Shown one piece after another: positions 47,296 to 57,154 of a stretch of 64,000 nucleotides of DNA. The DNA comes from an uncultured Fodinibius sp. (lineage in GTDB: Bacteria; Bacteroidota; Rhodothermia; Balneolales; Balneolaceae). Location: contig CAJXMW010000004.1 of assembly GCA_913056235.1 (NCBI GenBank), positions 334,364 to 398,363 of the forward strand. The letters are read 5' to 3'. A program made the position numbers and the translations under genes. The notes beneath the pieces were generated by a model that ran no database searches, was not told the DNA's origin, and saw only the letters and a program-made list of their open reading frames with translations. Numbering within the stretch: the first letter of the stretch is position 1; each line of letters begins with the position of its first letter.

Positions 47296-48141
47296 ATGAA
47301 ATATATCGGAGCCCATGTCAGTGCTGCCGGCGGAGTCGAAAATGCCCCCAAACGTGCCCACGAAATCGGAGCCAAAGCATTTGCGCTGTTTACCAAGAAT
47401 CAGCGCCAATGGGAATGGCCGCCGCTTTCGGATGAAAATATTGCCGGTTTTAAAAAGAACTGCGAAGAGCTTGGCTATTCGATGGATTACGTGATGCCAC
47501 ACGACAGCTACTTGATTAACCTCGGCCATCCGGAGCAGGATCAGCTAGAAAAATCGCGTAACGCCTTCCTGGACGAGATGCAGCGCTGTGAGCAGCTGGG
47601 GATCAAGTTGCTCAATTTTCATCCTGGCAGTCACCTTGATGACATTACTGTGGAAGAGTGCCTGAAGCGCAATGCCGAATCACTGAACTGGGCGTTGGAT
47701 AAAACCGAAGGGGTGACGGCTGTTATAGAAAATACGGCCGGGCAGGGGACCAACACCGGATATACCTTTGAGCATCTGGCCGCTATTATCGATTGGGTAG
47801 AAGACAAAAGCCGCGTGGGGATTTGCATTGATACCTGTCATGCTTTTGCGGCCGGCTACGACTTGTCCACAGAAGAAGGCTACAAGCTGATGATGGGAGA
47901 ATTTGAGCAGACCGTAGGCTTTGAATACTTGAAGGGCATGCACCTGAACGACTCTAAAAAAGAGCTGGGCAGCCGCGTGGATCGCCACGATAACATTGGA
48001 GAGGGTCATATTGGGATGAAGGGTTTTGAACTGCTCATGCAGGATGAGCGCTTTGATGACATCCCGATGATTCTGGAGACGCCCAATACCGAACGCTGGC
48101 CGGAAGAGATTGAACTGCTATATAGCTTGGCTTCGAAATAA
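47296..48141 (+). CDS. nfo: Endonuclease IV
   Basis: '[10 protein letters not shown]', 'FTKNQRQW', '[10 protein letters not shown]', 'FHPGSH', 'ENTAGQG', 'CIDTCH', 'HLNDSK', 'DRHDNIG' and 'ILETP'. Confidence 0.97.
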   Translation: MKYIGAHVSAAGGVENAPKRAHEIGAKAFALFTKNQRQWEWPPLSDENIAGFKKNCEELGYSMDYVMPHDSYLINLGHPEQDQLEKSRNAFLDEMQRCEQLGIKLLNFHPGSHLDDITVEECLKRNAESLNWALDKTEGVTAVIENTAGQGTNTGYTFEHLAAIIDWVEDKSRVGICIDTCHAFAAGYDLSTEEGYKLMMGEFEQTVGFEYLKGMHLNDSKKELGSRVDRHDNIGEGHIGMKGFELLMQDERFDDIPMILETPNTERWPEEIELLYSLASK

Positions 48142-48225
48142 ATTCTCGTTTGAGCACTAGACTGGCAGTCGGGTGTTTTTTGGACACATACAACTGCAGG
48201 ATGTAAGTTTAGCCTCCGCGGGAAA

Positions 48226-49170
48226 TCAGCTAGCTTTCACTTCTTGGTAGTCGTGTGTTACCACTTCTTTGATGCCTTCTGCATAGGGTGTGGGATACAT
48301 CTCAAACTGCGACTCAAATTTGGAGCTGTCAAAGACGTAATCCCGGTCATATTGATACATCATTTCGACCATCTCTTTCATCACCGGCGAAAACCAGCCA
48401 ATAATCCAGACTAGGAATTTGGGTGCTGAGCGGTATCGTGCCTCAACACCAAGCTCATCGGCTACCATCTGAATCCACTCTTTACCCGTTGGCGGATTCG
48501 AGGCCGTGGGCAAGTGCCAAACCTGGTTGTAGGCCACGGGATTATTCCCCAGCAGGGCCGTGGCTTTGCCAGCATCAGGCGTATAGGTAAAGGAGTGCTT
48601 GTATTTGGCGGATCCCAGCCAATTGGCCTTTTTGCCATCGGCCAGGGGATTAAATACCATTTCTGTGAGTACGCTGGAGTCTTCGATTGCTGGTCCATAA
48701 AAATCAGCCGAACGGGCAATGAGGGCTTGAAAATTGCCTCGCTTCACCCGATCCATAAGCATCGTAGCCAGCTCGGCTCGGATTTTGCCTTTGTTACTAC
48801 TCGGGTTGATTGGCGTCTCTTCGGTCATGTGTCCCACGTGATTGGGATCGTACATGTACACATTATCAAAAAAGACCAGCTTTGTCCCATGTCTTTCGCA
48901 GGCATCCATCACGTTCTGCATGATGGCGGGCCAGGTTTCCTGCCAAACCTCCAGGTCATAGGGCAAGCCCACCGTCAAATAGGCAATTTCAGATCCCTCT
49001 AAAGCCCGCAAGGTGTCGTTGCCATCGGTCAGATCTGCCGCAAAGACCTCGTTATCGGGATTCACTTTCTCGGGATTCCGGCTCACTAGCCGGATGTCGT
49101 CGGTATAAGTCAGCAGTGCCTTAGCCAGTTCCCTGCCGATTGCGCCCCCAGATCCCAGTATTGTTTGCAT
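48226..49170 (-). CDS. NAD-dependent epimerase/dehydratase family protein
   Basis: 'ILGSGGAIG', 'FFDNVYMY', 'RSADFYGP' and 'YTPDAGKA'. Confidence 0.85.
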   Translation of the reverse strand: MQTILGSGGAIGRELAKALLTYTDDIRLVSRNPEKVNPDNEVFAADLTDGNDTLRALEGSEIAYLTVGLPYDLEVWQETWPAIMQNVMDACERHGTKLVFFDNVYMYDPNHVGHMTEETPINPSSNKGKIRAELATMLMDRVKRGNFQALIARSADFYGPAIEDSSVLTEMVFNPLADGKKANWLGSAKYKHSFTYTPDAGKATALLGNNPVAYNQVWHLPTASNPPTGKEWIQMVADELGVEARYRSAPKFLVWIIGWFSPVMKEMVEMMYQYDRDYVFDSSKFESQFEMYPTPYAEGIKEVVTHDYQEVKAS

Positions 49171-49275
49171 AATGCTCCCTTTTGAAGTTGACTGAATAAA
49201 TAAAGATACGAATAAAGTAGATTTCGGAGTAATCCTATAAAGATAAAAAGGGGACAGGATGACAAAGCTTGAATT

Positions 49276-50010
49276 TTATTGCACCTTGCCCAAGCGCAGA
49301 AATATTGGGAAAGTAACCTCAAATGGCTGATCGGCAGGTAGTTCTTGTTTCAGCCGTTCCATCGTTTTATCCACGGGATTATACTGTTGGTCGGTTTTCA
49401 TCTTTTGCACAGCCGACCATGAGTTGAAGTAGCCCTCGAGCTGATCCATATTCCATACAAGCGAATTGCTAAAGTCTGGAGATTCAATTTCGTCAAAAGG
49501 GAAGGGAAGCGTCTGGTATCTTGCATCCAAATATTTACGGTTTTTGCTGAAATAGGTGCCAAAGGTTTCTTCATACAGCGCATCGATAATGGGATTGGTC
49601 TGCTCATCAATGCGCAGCATTCCGTAACCGATTACGGCCATCAGAGTCTCGGGTTTAGCCACACGTCGGACTTCCTTGTAAAATTTATCAAAGTCGAACC
49701 AGTGCATGGCTTGTCCCACCTTAATCAAATCGAAATAGTTGGCTGGCAGCCCCGATTCTTCGGCACCGGCAATGCTATAGGAGATATTCGCCTTCTGTGG
49801 GGCGTGACTGAGCTGTTCTTTGCTGATGTCAGTGGCAATTACTTCATCAAAATAATGGGCCAGCACTTTGGCTATTTGACCTGATCCGGTGGCGCAATCC
49901 CAAGCGCAATGACGGGCAGAGAGATGCTTCAGGATAAAATCATAGAGCTCTTGGGGATATTCAGGGCGGTAGCGGGCATAGAGTTCTGACTGCTCAGAAA
50001 AACGACTCAT
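49276..50010 (-). CDS. Class I SAM-dependent methyltransferase
   Basis: 'YARYRPEYP', 'AWDCATGSGQ' and 'GQAMHWFD'. Confidence 0.9.
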   Translation of the reverse strand: MSRFSEQSELYARYRPEYPQELYDFILKHLSARHCAWDCATGSGQIAKVLAHYFDEVIATDISKEQLSHAPQKANISYSIAGAEESGLPANYFDLIKVGQAMHWFDFDKFYKEVRRVAKPETLMAVIGYGMLRIDEQTNPIIDALYEETFGTYFSKNRKYLDARYQTLPFPFDEIESPDFSNSLVWNMDQLEGYFNSWSAVQKMKTDQQYNPVDKTMERLKQELPADQPFEVTFPIFLRLGKVQ

Positions 50011-50018
50011 TTTGTAAG

Positions 50019-50396
50019 CTATTCAGCTTTGAATTCGGGATTATAGATAATGCCTAAGATGTTGCCCCACGGATCTTTTACCGATGCGACCATGATTTCT
50101 CCGCCCACATTTTCGGGCTGATTATTCGGTTTGGCGCCAAGATCTACTAAACGGTTAAATGATTTATGAATATCCTTGACGCCCCAATAGACAACCTCGT
50201 TGTTTCCTCGGTTAAAATCTTCTGACTCGATAGGCTGAAGTCCCAGCTCATAACCGCTAACGTTAAATCCCACATAAAAAGGCTCATCAAAATAGGGATT
50301 TTGGTCGAGTGCCTTGGCATACCATTTTGTAGCCTTCTCAATATTCTCAACGTTGTAAATGACAGTACGCAGACCTAAAAATTTATTTGATGACAT
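50019..50396 (-). CDS. VOC/glyoxalase family protein
   Basis: 'LRTVIYNVENIEKATKWY', 'GYELGL' and 'DPWGNILGI'. Confidence 0.85.
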   Translation of the reverse strand: MSSNKFLGLRTVIYNVENIEKATKWYAKALDQNPYFDEPFYVGFNVSGYELGLQPIESEDFNRGNNEVVYWGVKDIHKSFNRLVDLGAKPNNQPENVGGEIMVASVKDPWGNILGIIYNPEFKAE

Positions 50397-50539
50397 AGTC
50401 TTGAATTAATTGTGGTTTTAAATAAAATAACTCGAAATCCCGGAAGGAGTAAAGCATTTTTAGGTTAGTCGTGAAATGGCATAGACGGTAATATTTGTTG
50501 AAGTCTTGAACTCAAAGATGAAATTAATATTGGCATTCT

Positions 50540-51340
50540 ATGGATTTAGGTCTTGATGATAAAACGGCATTGGTTACGGGTGGAAGCAAGGGAATTGGAT
50601 ACGGTATTGCTGAAGCGCTGGCACAGGAAGGCGCAAAGCTCGTGATTTGTGCTCGTCACAAAGAGGAGCTTAAAAAAGCTGCTGAAAAGTTGCGTGCTTA
50701 CGGTTCCGAAGTACTTGCAGTACCGGCAGATCTTACCAAGTCACCAGATATTCATAAACTTGTGAGTGAAGCTACTGATGCATATGATACGCTCGACATT
50801 CTGGTGAATAATGCTGGTACGATTGGCAACAATGGCACTTTTGAAGAGACGCCAATGGAGGAGTGGCGCTCGGTCTTTGAGCTTAACGTATTTGCCGTGG
50901 TAGAGTTGACGCAAAAGGTTATCCCACTGATGCAAAAGCAGGAGGGGGGACGTATTATCAATGTCTCATCTGAGAATGGCACACAACCCTATCCCGATAT
51001 GATACATTACAGTGCCAGCAAAGGGGCCTTGGATAATTTTAGTAAGGCCCTTTCCAAGCAGTATGCCTCGGATGGCATTCTGGTGAATACGATCAGTCCT
51101 GCCTTTATCGAGACGCCACTGGTAGATAATATGATGCAACAAATGGCTGATGAACAAAATGTAAGTAAACGTGAGATGATCAATGATTTTCTGAATAATA
51201 ATCGGCCGCATATCGAGCTCAAGCGATCCGGTACTATTGAGGAAGTGGGAGCCGTAGCGGCATTCCTGGCTTCAGAGAAGGCATCGTTTATTAATGGTTC
51301 GAATTACCGCATTGACGGTGGATCGGTTGCCGCGGAGTAG
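50540..51340 (+). CDS. SDR-family oxidoreductase
   Basis: 'ALVTGGSKGIG', 'LVNNAG', YxxxK 'YSASKGAL' and 'IDGG'. Confidence 0.92.
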   Translation: MDLGLDDKTALVTGGSKGIGYGIAEALAQEGAKLVICARHKEELKKAAEKLRAYGSEVLAVPADLTKSPDIHKLVSEATDAYDTLDILVNNAGTIGNNGTFEETPMEEWRSVFELNVFAVVELTQKVIPLMQKQEGGRIINVSSENGTQPYPDMIHYSASKGALDNFSKALSKQYASDGILVNTISPAFIETPLVDNMMQQMADEQNVSKREMINDFLNNNRPHIELKRSGTIEEVGAVAAFLASEKASFINGSNYRIDGGSVAAE

Positions 51341-51362
51341 TAGTGACAAACGATAGTAAACT

Positions 51363-51875
51363 ATGGATATGATTAACTGCAATACATACTTTTTTGAGGA
51401 TGACGGCTCCATCCCGAATAATCCCAACTTGCCTTTGCTGGTTTATGCTGATGCTCTGGAAGGAGAGCAACTGCAACCCAATAAGTGCGAATCACTGCTC
51501 AACAGTCATGGCTGGAGCAACGCTTGGGTGAATGGCATTTTCTCCTATCACCATTACCACAGTACCACCCACGAAGTGCTGGCGGTGATTGCCGGATCGG
51601 CTCAAGTAAAGATGGGCGGCGAAGGGGGAGAGGAGCTTGCGATATCAGCCGGAGATGTGATGGTGATTCCCGCCGGGGTGGGACATTGCCGAAAGAGCAG
51701 CTCTACTGACTTTCGCGTGGTTGGTGCTTATCCCAGAGGTACGAGCTATGATTTATGTACGGATAAGCCGAACGAACGTCCACAAGTGCTTGAGAATATC
51801 AGGAATGTGGCCTTGCCAGAACGGGATCCCGTGACTGGTGAACAAAAGCCATTGCACGACTACTGGAAAGGCTGA
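51363..51875 (+). CDS. Cupin-domain protein (YjlB-like)
   Basis: 'IPNNPNLPLLVY', 'YHHYHSTTHEVL', 'VIPAGVGH', 'VVGAYP' and 'DPVTG'. Confidence 0.85.
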   Translation: MDMINCNTYFFEDDGSIPNNPNLPLLVYADALEGEQLQPNKCESLLNSHGWSNAWVNGIFSYHHYHSTTHEVLAVIAGSAQVKMGGEGGEELAISAGDVMVIPAGVGHCRKSSSTDFRVVGAYPRGTSYDLCTDKPNERPQVLENIRNVALPERDPVTGEQKPLHDYWKG

Positions 51876-51936
51876 TCCTCTCTTGCCCTCTCCCTCTACG
51901 CAGAGAGAGACTTTGCAAATAAATACATTAAAGCAA

Positions 51937-51969
51937 AACTCTGAAAGGGTTCAGAACCCTTTCAGAGTT
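51937..51969. repeat. REP-like palindrome AACTCTGAAAGGGTTCAGAACCCTTTCAGAGTT
   Basis: Paralog of 45132-45163 with a compensatory C-G to T-A change in the outer stem. Confidence 0.7.
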
Positions 51970-51982
51970 CAAAATATAATTA

Positions 51983-52888
51983 TTATCTATACATCTTTTC
52001 GCCGGCGGTAATATTCAGATCAAGCCGGTTTTGTTCCGGCGGCAGGGGACAGGTGGCAAAATCGGTAAATACGCAGGGTGGATTATATGCTTTGTTAAAA
52101 TCGATATAGGTACCGCCGTTTTTATCCGGTGTGGGAGCATAAAAATAGCGTCCGCCGCTATAGGTGCTATTCCCGTTAGTGTTATCTCCGAAGATAATAA
52201 AGAATTCTTCATCCTTTTGGGGATGTCCGAGCGGTGCCAGGCTATACTGTTGTCCATCTATGCTAAACTGAAGTGTCCCATAGAGCGAATCCTGGTAAGT
52301 ATCACCCATAATGTCAGGTATGGTAATAGTTTTTGGCTCTTCAAACGGATCAAAAGTTGCTTTTACCCGCCAATTCTTTGAGACCGGGAATCGGTCAATA
52401 CCATCAAAGTTGGCAAAGTTTGGGTGCTTGGTGTCTTTGAGGCGGATGTAGTAATTACCTCTGCGCTCTATAATGTACCAGAGCAGAGATCCATGGCGGA
52501 GCTTGCGGGATTCATTCTGATCGGAGTGCGAAATCTCTAATTGCGAAACCGCAGAACCATCTTGGGTAACATTAACGCCGGCTGCGAAATCAAATGAAAA
52601 CTGGTTGCCTTCCTTGCTTACCGTTCCCATTTGAGCCGGTGCTTTGGGCGGAAATACGATATCATTGGTCGAATCGGATCCAAACGTATGCGTACCATCA
52701 TCAATTTGATACAATCCGGCCAGGCTTAGCCAACTATCTTCTTGCTTAAGCGATTGAATACGCTTTTGATGCCATTGATCAACGTTGGCAACATAATCTT
52801 TTGTGGATTTTTGACTTTGGCCGGAGCAACCTGCAAGTAGAATCCCAATGGCTAAAATAGTCAGCAAGGGGAAAAGTTTTTTGATCAT
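51983..52888 (-). CDS. DUF1684-domain lipoprotein
   Basis: Lipobox 'LLAGC'; 'WLSLAGL', 'FIIFGDNTNGNSTYSGGRY', 'DFNKAYNPPCVFTDFATCPLPP' and 'ITAGEK'. Confidence 0.85.
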   Translation of the reverse strand: MIKKLFPLLTILAIGILLAGCSGQSQKSTKDYVANVDQWHQKRIQSLKQEDSWLSLAGLYQIDDGTHTFGSDSTNDIVFPPKAPAQMGTVSKEGNQFSFDFAAGVNVTQDGSAVSQLEISHSDQNESRKLRHGSLLWYIIERRGNYYIRLKDTKHPNFANFDGIDRFPVSKNWRVKATFDPFEEPKTITIPDIMGDTYQDSLYGTLQFSIDGQQYSLAPLGHPQKDEEFFIIFGDNTNGNSTYSGGRYFYAPTPDKNGGTYIDFNKAYNPPCVFTDFATCPLPPEQNRLDLNITAGEKMYR

Positions 52889-53090
52889 AGTATTTCTGTT
52901 GATGTTGTAAAATTCGTCAGGCACAATCTACGCTTCCCTCTCAAAGAAATAAAGCCGGGTATTTCTGACATATTTTAATGAGCTTTCCTTTAAAACCTAG
53001 GGATGAAAAAGGCAAAACTAATCAAGTTAGCAACTGAAGCTGGTACTGATTCAAAAATTGCAGGTACTTGCTGAAATTCAAGGGTAATCC

Positions 53091-53702
53091 TCAATCCAAT
53101 CCCAGTTCAATATCCACTTCTTCGTACTTCTTATAAAAAAGCGGGAGGATGAGTGCGGCCACATAACAAAGGATTCCGATCCCCATAAATGCGATGCCAA
53201 AGGTTATATCGTGTTCCAGAGCATTCATACGTACCAGCAAATTATACCAATCGTGTGCCTCTTTGCCCAATCCCCCGATAAGTGGTAATTGCCGGGCGCT
53301 TCCGTCGGCAGCATATCCGGCGACATCCAGCCAGCTGTATCCTACCAGGCAGAGCGAAAATTGCATGCCGATATATTTGCGGTTGACCCAGCAAAAGGCA
53401 AGAATCATCAGCGGCAGTAGAATTTGAAAAAGCGACCCCCCGAGAATGGTGATGAACCGGCTGCCAAAAATCCCCAAAAAAGTGTGACCTGCTTCGTGGA
53501 CAATCAGCAAAAAGTTATCGATAAAAAAGTGAACAATCCCCAAAGGGAATGGGTAGTCGTAGTTCACGGCAAAGAAAATATTATATCGAAGTGCCCAGTA
53601 ATAGTGGTGAACCGAATAGATGGCAAACGGGAGTATTACCAAGGATACCCACCATTCTTTGACAATCTTTTTGGCAAGTGATTGTAGTCGCGATGCTTCC
53701 AT
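53091..53702 (-). CDS. Membrane protein with HExGH motif (M50-like)
   Basis: 'LIVHEAGH..F..FG......LGGSLFQ' and 'HDWYNLL'; several TM segments. Confidence 0.7.
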   Translation of the reverse strand: MEASRLQSLAKKIVKEWWVSLVILPFAIYSVHHYYWALRYNIFFAVNYDYPFPLGIVHFFIDNFLLIVHEAGHTFLGIFGSRFITILGGSLFQILLPLMILAFCWVNRKYIGMQFSLCLVGYSWLDVAGYAADGSARQLPLIGGLGKEAHDWYNLLVRMNALEHDITFGIAFMGIGILCYVAALILPLFYKKYEEVDIELGLD

Positions 53703-53831
53703 TATTGATCCCCGGTTAAAATGGATTTAATCGAAAATACAGGAAATTGCGGATTTGTAAAGTAGATAGAACACGAGTTAGATGGAAAGATCGGGTGACC
53801 TCCCGCTAACTGCAGTATCCACACTTCTTTT

Positions 53832-54857
53832 TTAACCTTTTGGCAACTCCAGAAATTTAGTTTTCCCTTTGGCGAAGTATTCACTGATGATATTTACCGG
53901 CAATAACGTTTTGGGATCGTCATCGGTAGTTCTCCGGTCTTGTAATTGGCTGCGTTTTTGTTGCGTCTCATTAAAGCCCTTCCAGAAATCGAGGTGGGCT
54001 CGGCCAATAGCCTTAAACTCTTCCCATTCGCCCTTAAACAGGGATCGGAAGGAAGCAATAATGTCCAACAGGTATCGCCCGCTAAACCGCCAGGGCAGGC
54101 TGTCGGTGCTGCAGTTTTTCCAGAGCATGCGCAGGTTGTTTCGGTAGTTATAGTAAATTTTTCTGGGGGATCCCATGGCCATGGAGCCGCCGCCAAGGTG
54201 ATAAACGGTGCTCTGGGGACAGAACCGAACCCTGTATCCTGTATTCCAGAGTTGCCAGCAGAGGTCAATTTCTTCCATGTGGAATGCAAAGTCCTCGTCG
54301 AACCCGCCCATTTGATTAAAGAGTTCTTTGCGAACTGCTAACGCAGCACCACTGGCCCAAAAAATGTCGGTCTCATTGTTGTACTGACCATTATCTTTCT
54401 CCACAGTATCAAAAATGCGTCCTCGACAAAAGGGATAGCCAAATCGGTCTAGGTAGCCGCCGGCAGCCCCGGCATATTCAAAGTATTCCGGTTGCTCATC
54501 GGATAGCATTTTGGGCTGTACTGCACCAATAGATTCATCCTTTTGGAAACAGCGGCCCAGTCCATGCAGCCAGTCGGGTTCAACGCGAACATCATTATTC
54601 AAAAAAAGCAGAATATCGCCATTGGCATAGGGCACTGCGCGATTATTGCCGCCGCAATAACCATAGTTTTTATCCAGCTCGGCAATTTTAATTTCTGGAT
54701 AATGCTCGCGCACCCATACTTTGGATCCATCGCTGGAGGCGTTGTCAGCCAAAATAATTTCATACTTGGGATAATCGGTGGTAGTTACGCTGGGTAAATA
54801 ATTCTTCAGGTGCTTCAGGGCATTCCAGGATACGATGATGATGCTAAAAAAGGGCAT
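53832..54857 (-). CDS. Glycosyltransferase family 2
   Basis: 'IIIVSWN', 'DNASSDGS', 'LFLNNDV', 'WASGAAL' and 'HMEEIDLCW'. Confidence 0.92.
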   Translation of the reverse strand: MPFFSIIIVSWNALKHLKNYLPSVTTTDYPKYEIILADNASSDGSKVWVREHYPEIKIAELDKNYGYCGGNNRAVPYANGDILLFLNNDVRVEPDWLHGLGRCFQKDESIGAVQPKMLSDEQPEYFEYAGAAGGYLDRFGYPFCRGRIFDTVEKDNGQYNNETDIFWASGAALAVRKELFNQMGGFDEDFAFHMEEIDLCWQLWNTGYRVRFCPQSTVYHLGGGSMAMGSPRKIYYNYRNNLRMLWKNCSTDSLPWRFSGRYLLDIIASFRSLFKGEWEEFKAIGRAHLDFWKGFNETQQKRSQLQDRRTTDDDPKTLLPVNIISEYFAKGKTKFLELPKG

Positions 54858-54968
54858 ATCGAATTTTTATTTCGCAATAAATTGTTTTGATTGGGATCTT
54901 TTAATACTGATTTACTTAGCCAAAAAACATCCCTATCATTTGAAGCGGAAAATGAGAAAGAATCGTCT

Positions 54969-55475
54969 ATGATCAAAGTAGGATTAATTTCGGATACACA
55001 TTCATACCTCGATCCCCAGGTGCTGGAGTATTTCGAGGACCGGGATGAGATTTGGCACGCCGGTGATTTTGGCACTATTGAAATCGCGGATCAGCTGAAG
55101 GAAATTGCGCCGCTTATCGGTGTCTATGGAAATATCGACGGCCAGGACATCCGCAGCGAATATCCCTTACACCAGCGGTTTGAGCGCCAGGGCATTAATT
55201 TTTGGATGACGCACATCGGGGGCACGCTGGGGCGCTATTGCATTCCTATTCGGGATGAGATGGAGAGTAATCCGCCGGATGTGTTTATGTGCGGCCACTC
55301 GCATATTCTAAAGATCGGGCGCGACCAGGAAAAAGATAAGATGCTGTTTATCAATCCCGGGGCAGCTGGTAAACATGGCTTTCAAGTTTATCGCACCTGT
55401 GTTCGTTTTAGTATTGATGATGGTAAGATCCAGGATATGGAAGTTATTAATCTTGGTGAGCGGGGAGAGGGCTAG
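54969..55475 (+). CDS. YfcE-like metallophosphoesterase
   Basis: 'GLISDTH', 'WHAGDFG', 'VYGNID', 'CGHSH' and 'INPGAAG'. Confidence 0.9.
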   Translation: MIKVGLISDTHSYLDPQVLEYFEDRDEIWHAGDFGTIEIADQLKEIAPLIGVYGNIDGQDIRSEYPLHQRFERQGINFWMTHIGGTLGRYCIPIRDEMESNPPDVFMCGHSHILKIGRDQEKDKMLFINPGAAGKHGFQVYRTCVRFSIDDGKIQDMEVINLGERGEG

Positions 55476-55572
55476 TTAGTTTTGAGTCATGAGACTTGAG
55501 TAGTGAGAGATTTCACCCCAAGTTTCTAGCTACAAGCTTCCAGCATCTTGCAATCTGTATCCAGTAACCAGT

Positions 55573-57048
55573 CTATTCCTCAAAACGCTGGATCAATTCC
55601 GTGGCATGAAAAGCCGAGAGCGTTACAAGAGGAATGCCGCCACCCGGATGTGTACTTCCGCCCACCAGGTAGAGTCCCTTGATCGACCGCGATTTGTTGC
55701 GGGGACGAAGGAAAGCCGACAATTTACTGTTGGATGACGTACCATAAATGCTGCCTTTGTTACTGCGATACTGTTGGTAGAAATCTCGTGGTGTGATGCT
55801 CTGGGAATAGACAATATGCTTTTCTAAATCGGTTAAGCCCCGTTTTTCCAAAGCGCGTATTACCTTTTGTTTGTACTGATCTTCCCGTTTTTGCCAGTTG
55901 TATTGGTCACTCAGATAAGGAGCGTTGACCAATACAAATAGATTTGATCCGCCATCGGGAGCATGCCGGGGATTAGAGTGCGAGGTGTTGGCAATGTAGA
56001 TGGTGGGATCTTCGGGCATCATCTTTTCGTCAAAAATTTGCTCAAATTCTCGCTGGTAATCCTCCGAAAAGAAAATATTGTGATGGGTCAGCTCATCATA
56101 ACTTTTGTCAATCCCAAGTAGCAGTACAAAGCCGGAACAGGAGGGTTCAAGGCTGGAAATCTTTTTCTGCTTTAGTGTAGAAACCTCTGAATCGGTCACA
56201 AAATTGAGATACGTTTCGGCTGCATCGGCATTGGAGACTACCAAATCCGAAGGGTAGTGGTTGCCGTCAACATCCGTGACGCCGGAGACTTTGCCGTCAG
56301 CAATACCAATTCGTTTGATTTCAGTATTGTATTGGAAAGTGACCCCAAGCTTTGAACTCAATTTTGTCAGTGCTTCGATCAGCTCAAAAATGCCCCCATT
56401 GATATAGTGGCCGCCCATGGCTAATTCTACATGGGGAATTACGTTAAGAGTCGCTGGCGCCTGGAAAGGAGAAGATCCGTTATAGGTCGTGAATCGTTTT
56501 AAAAACTGTCGCAATTCTGTGGACTCAAACATGCCGTCGATGCGTTCGGCAACGGTTTTAAAAGCATCGATCTTAAAGAAGTCGGTAAGATTAAGTGAGC
56601 TCAAATCCGAAAGCCCAAACAGAGGATTAAATAAGAAAGCGTCTTTCGTACGTTCGTAAAGTTGTTCCGAGTATTCCTGAAATTTCTTGTACGCCTGAAC
56701 GTCGTTGGGAGCAAACTCCTGAATTTGCGCTATGTTTACGCCGTTGTCTTTATAACAGTCGAATTGGGTGCCGTTTTGATAAAAATATCGACAAATGGGA
56801 TTGACCGGTTGAATATCGAGGTAATCGTTGATATTTGCATCGCAGACCTCGAACAGTCGATCGAGTACAAAAGGCATTGTCAGCAGTGAGGGACCAGTAT
56901 CAAAGCGAAAACCCTCGGCTGTGACTTCTCCAATTTTACCACCGGGTCGTTCATTTTTTTCCAGAACGGTAACATTGTGACCTCGATTAGCTAGTAGGCA
57001 AGAAGCCGCAAGTCCCCCTAAACCCGCACCAATAATATTTATGTTCAT
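55573..57048 (-). CDS. Phytoene desaturase-family carotenoid desaturase (CrtI/CrtD-like)
   Basis: 'IIGAGLGGL', 'GFRFDTGPSLLTMP', 'YNGSSPFQAPAT', 'HHNIFFS' and 'GGSTHPGGGIPLV'. Confidence 0.9.
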   Translation of the reverse strand: MNINIIGAGLGGLAASCLLANRGHNVTVLEKNERPGGKIGEVTAEGFRFDTGPSLLTMPFVLDRLFEVCDANINDYLDIQPVNPICRYFYQNGTQFDCYKDNGVNIAQIQEFAPNDVQAYKKFQEYSEQLYERTKDAFLFNPLFGLSDLSSLNLTDFFKIDAFKTVAERIDGMFESTELRQFLKRFTTYNGSSPFQAPATLNVIPHVELAMGGHYINGGIFELIEALTKLSSKLGVTFQYNTEIKRIGIADGKVSGVTDVDGNHYPSDLVVSNADAAETYLNFVTDSEVSTLKQKKISSLEPSCSGFVLLLGIDKSYDELTHHNIFFSEDYQREFEQIFDEKMMPEDPTIYIANTSHSNPRHAPDGGSNLFVLVNAPYLSDQYNWQKREDQYKQKVIRALEKRGLTDLEKHIVYSQSITPRDFYQQYRSNKGSIYGTSSNSKLSAFLRPRNKSRSIKGLYLVGGSTHPGGGIPLVTLSAFHATELIQRFEE

Positions 57049-57154
57049 AACTTTGATAATAACGAATTTGATAAACTTTTAAAGCTATTGCGGGCAGTCT
57101 TTATATGGGATGGATTTAGAGTCAAATGCCTGTTAGATTTAGACTCCTACTTAA

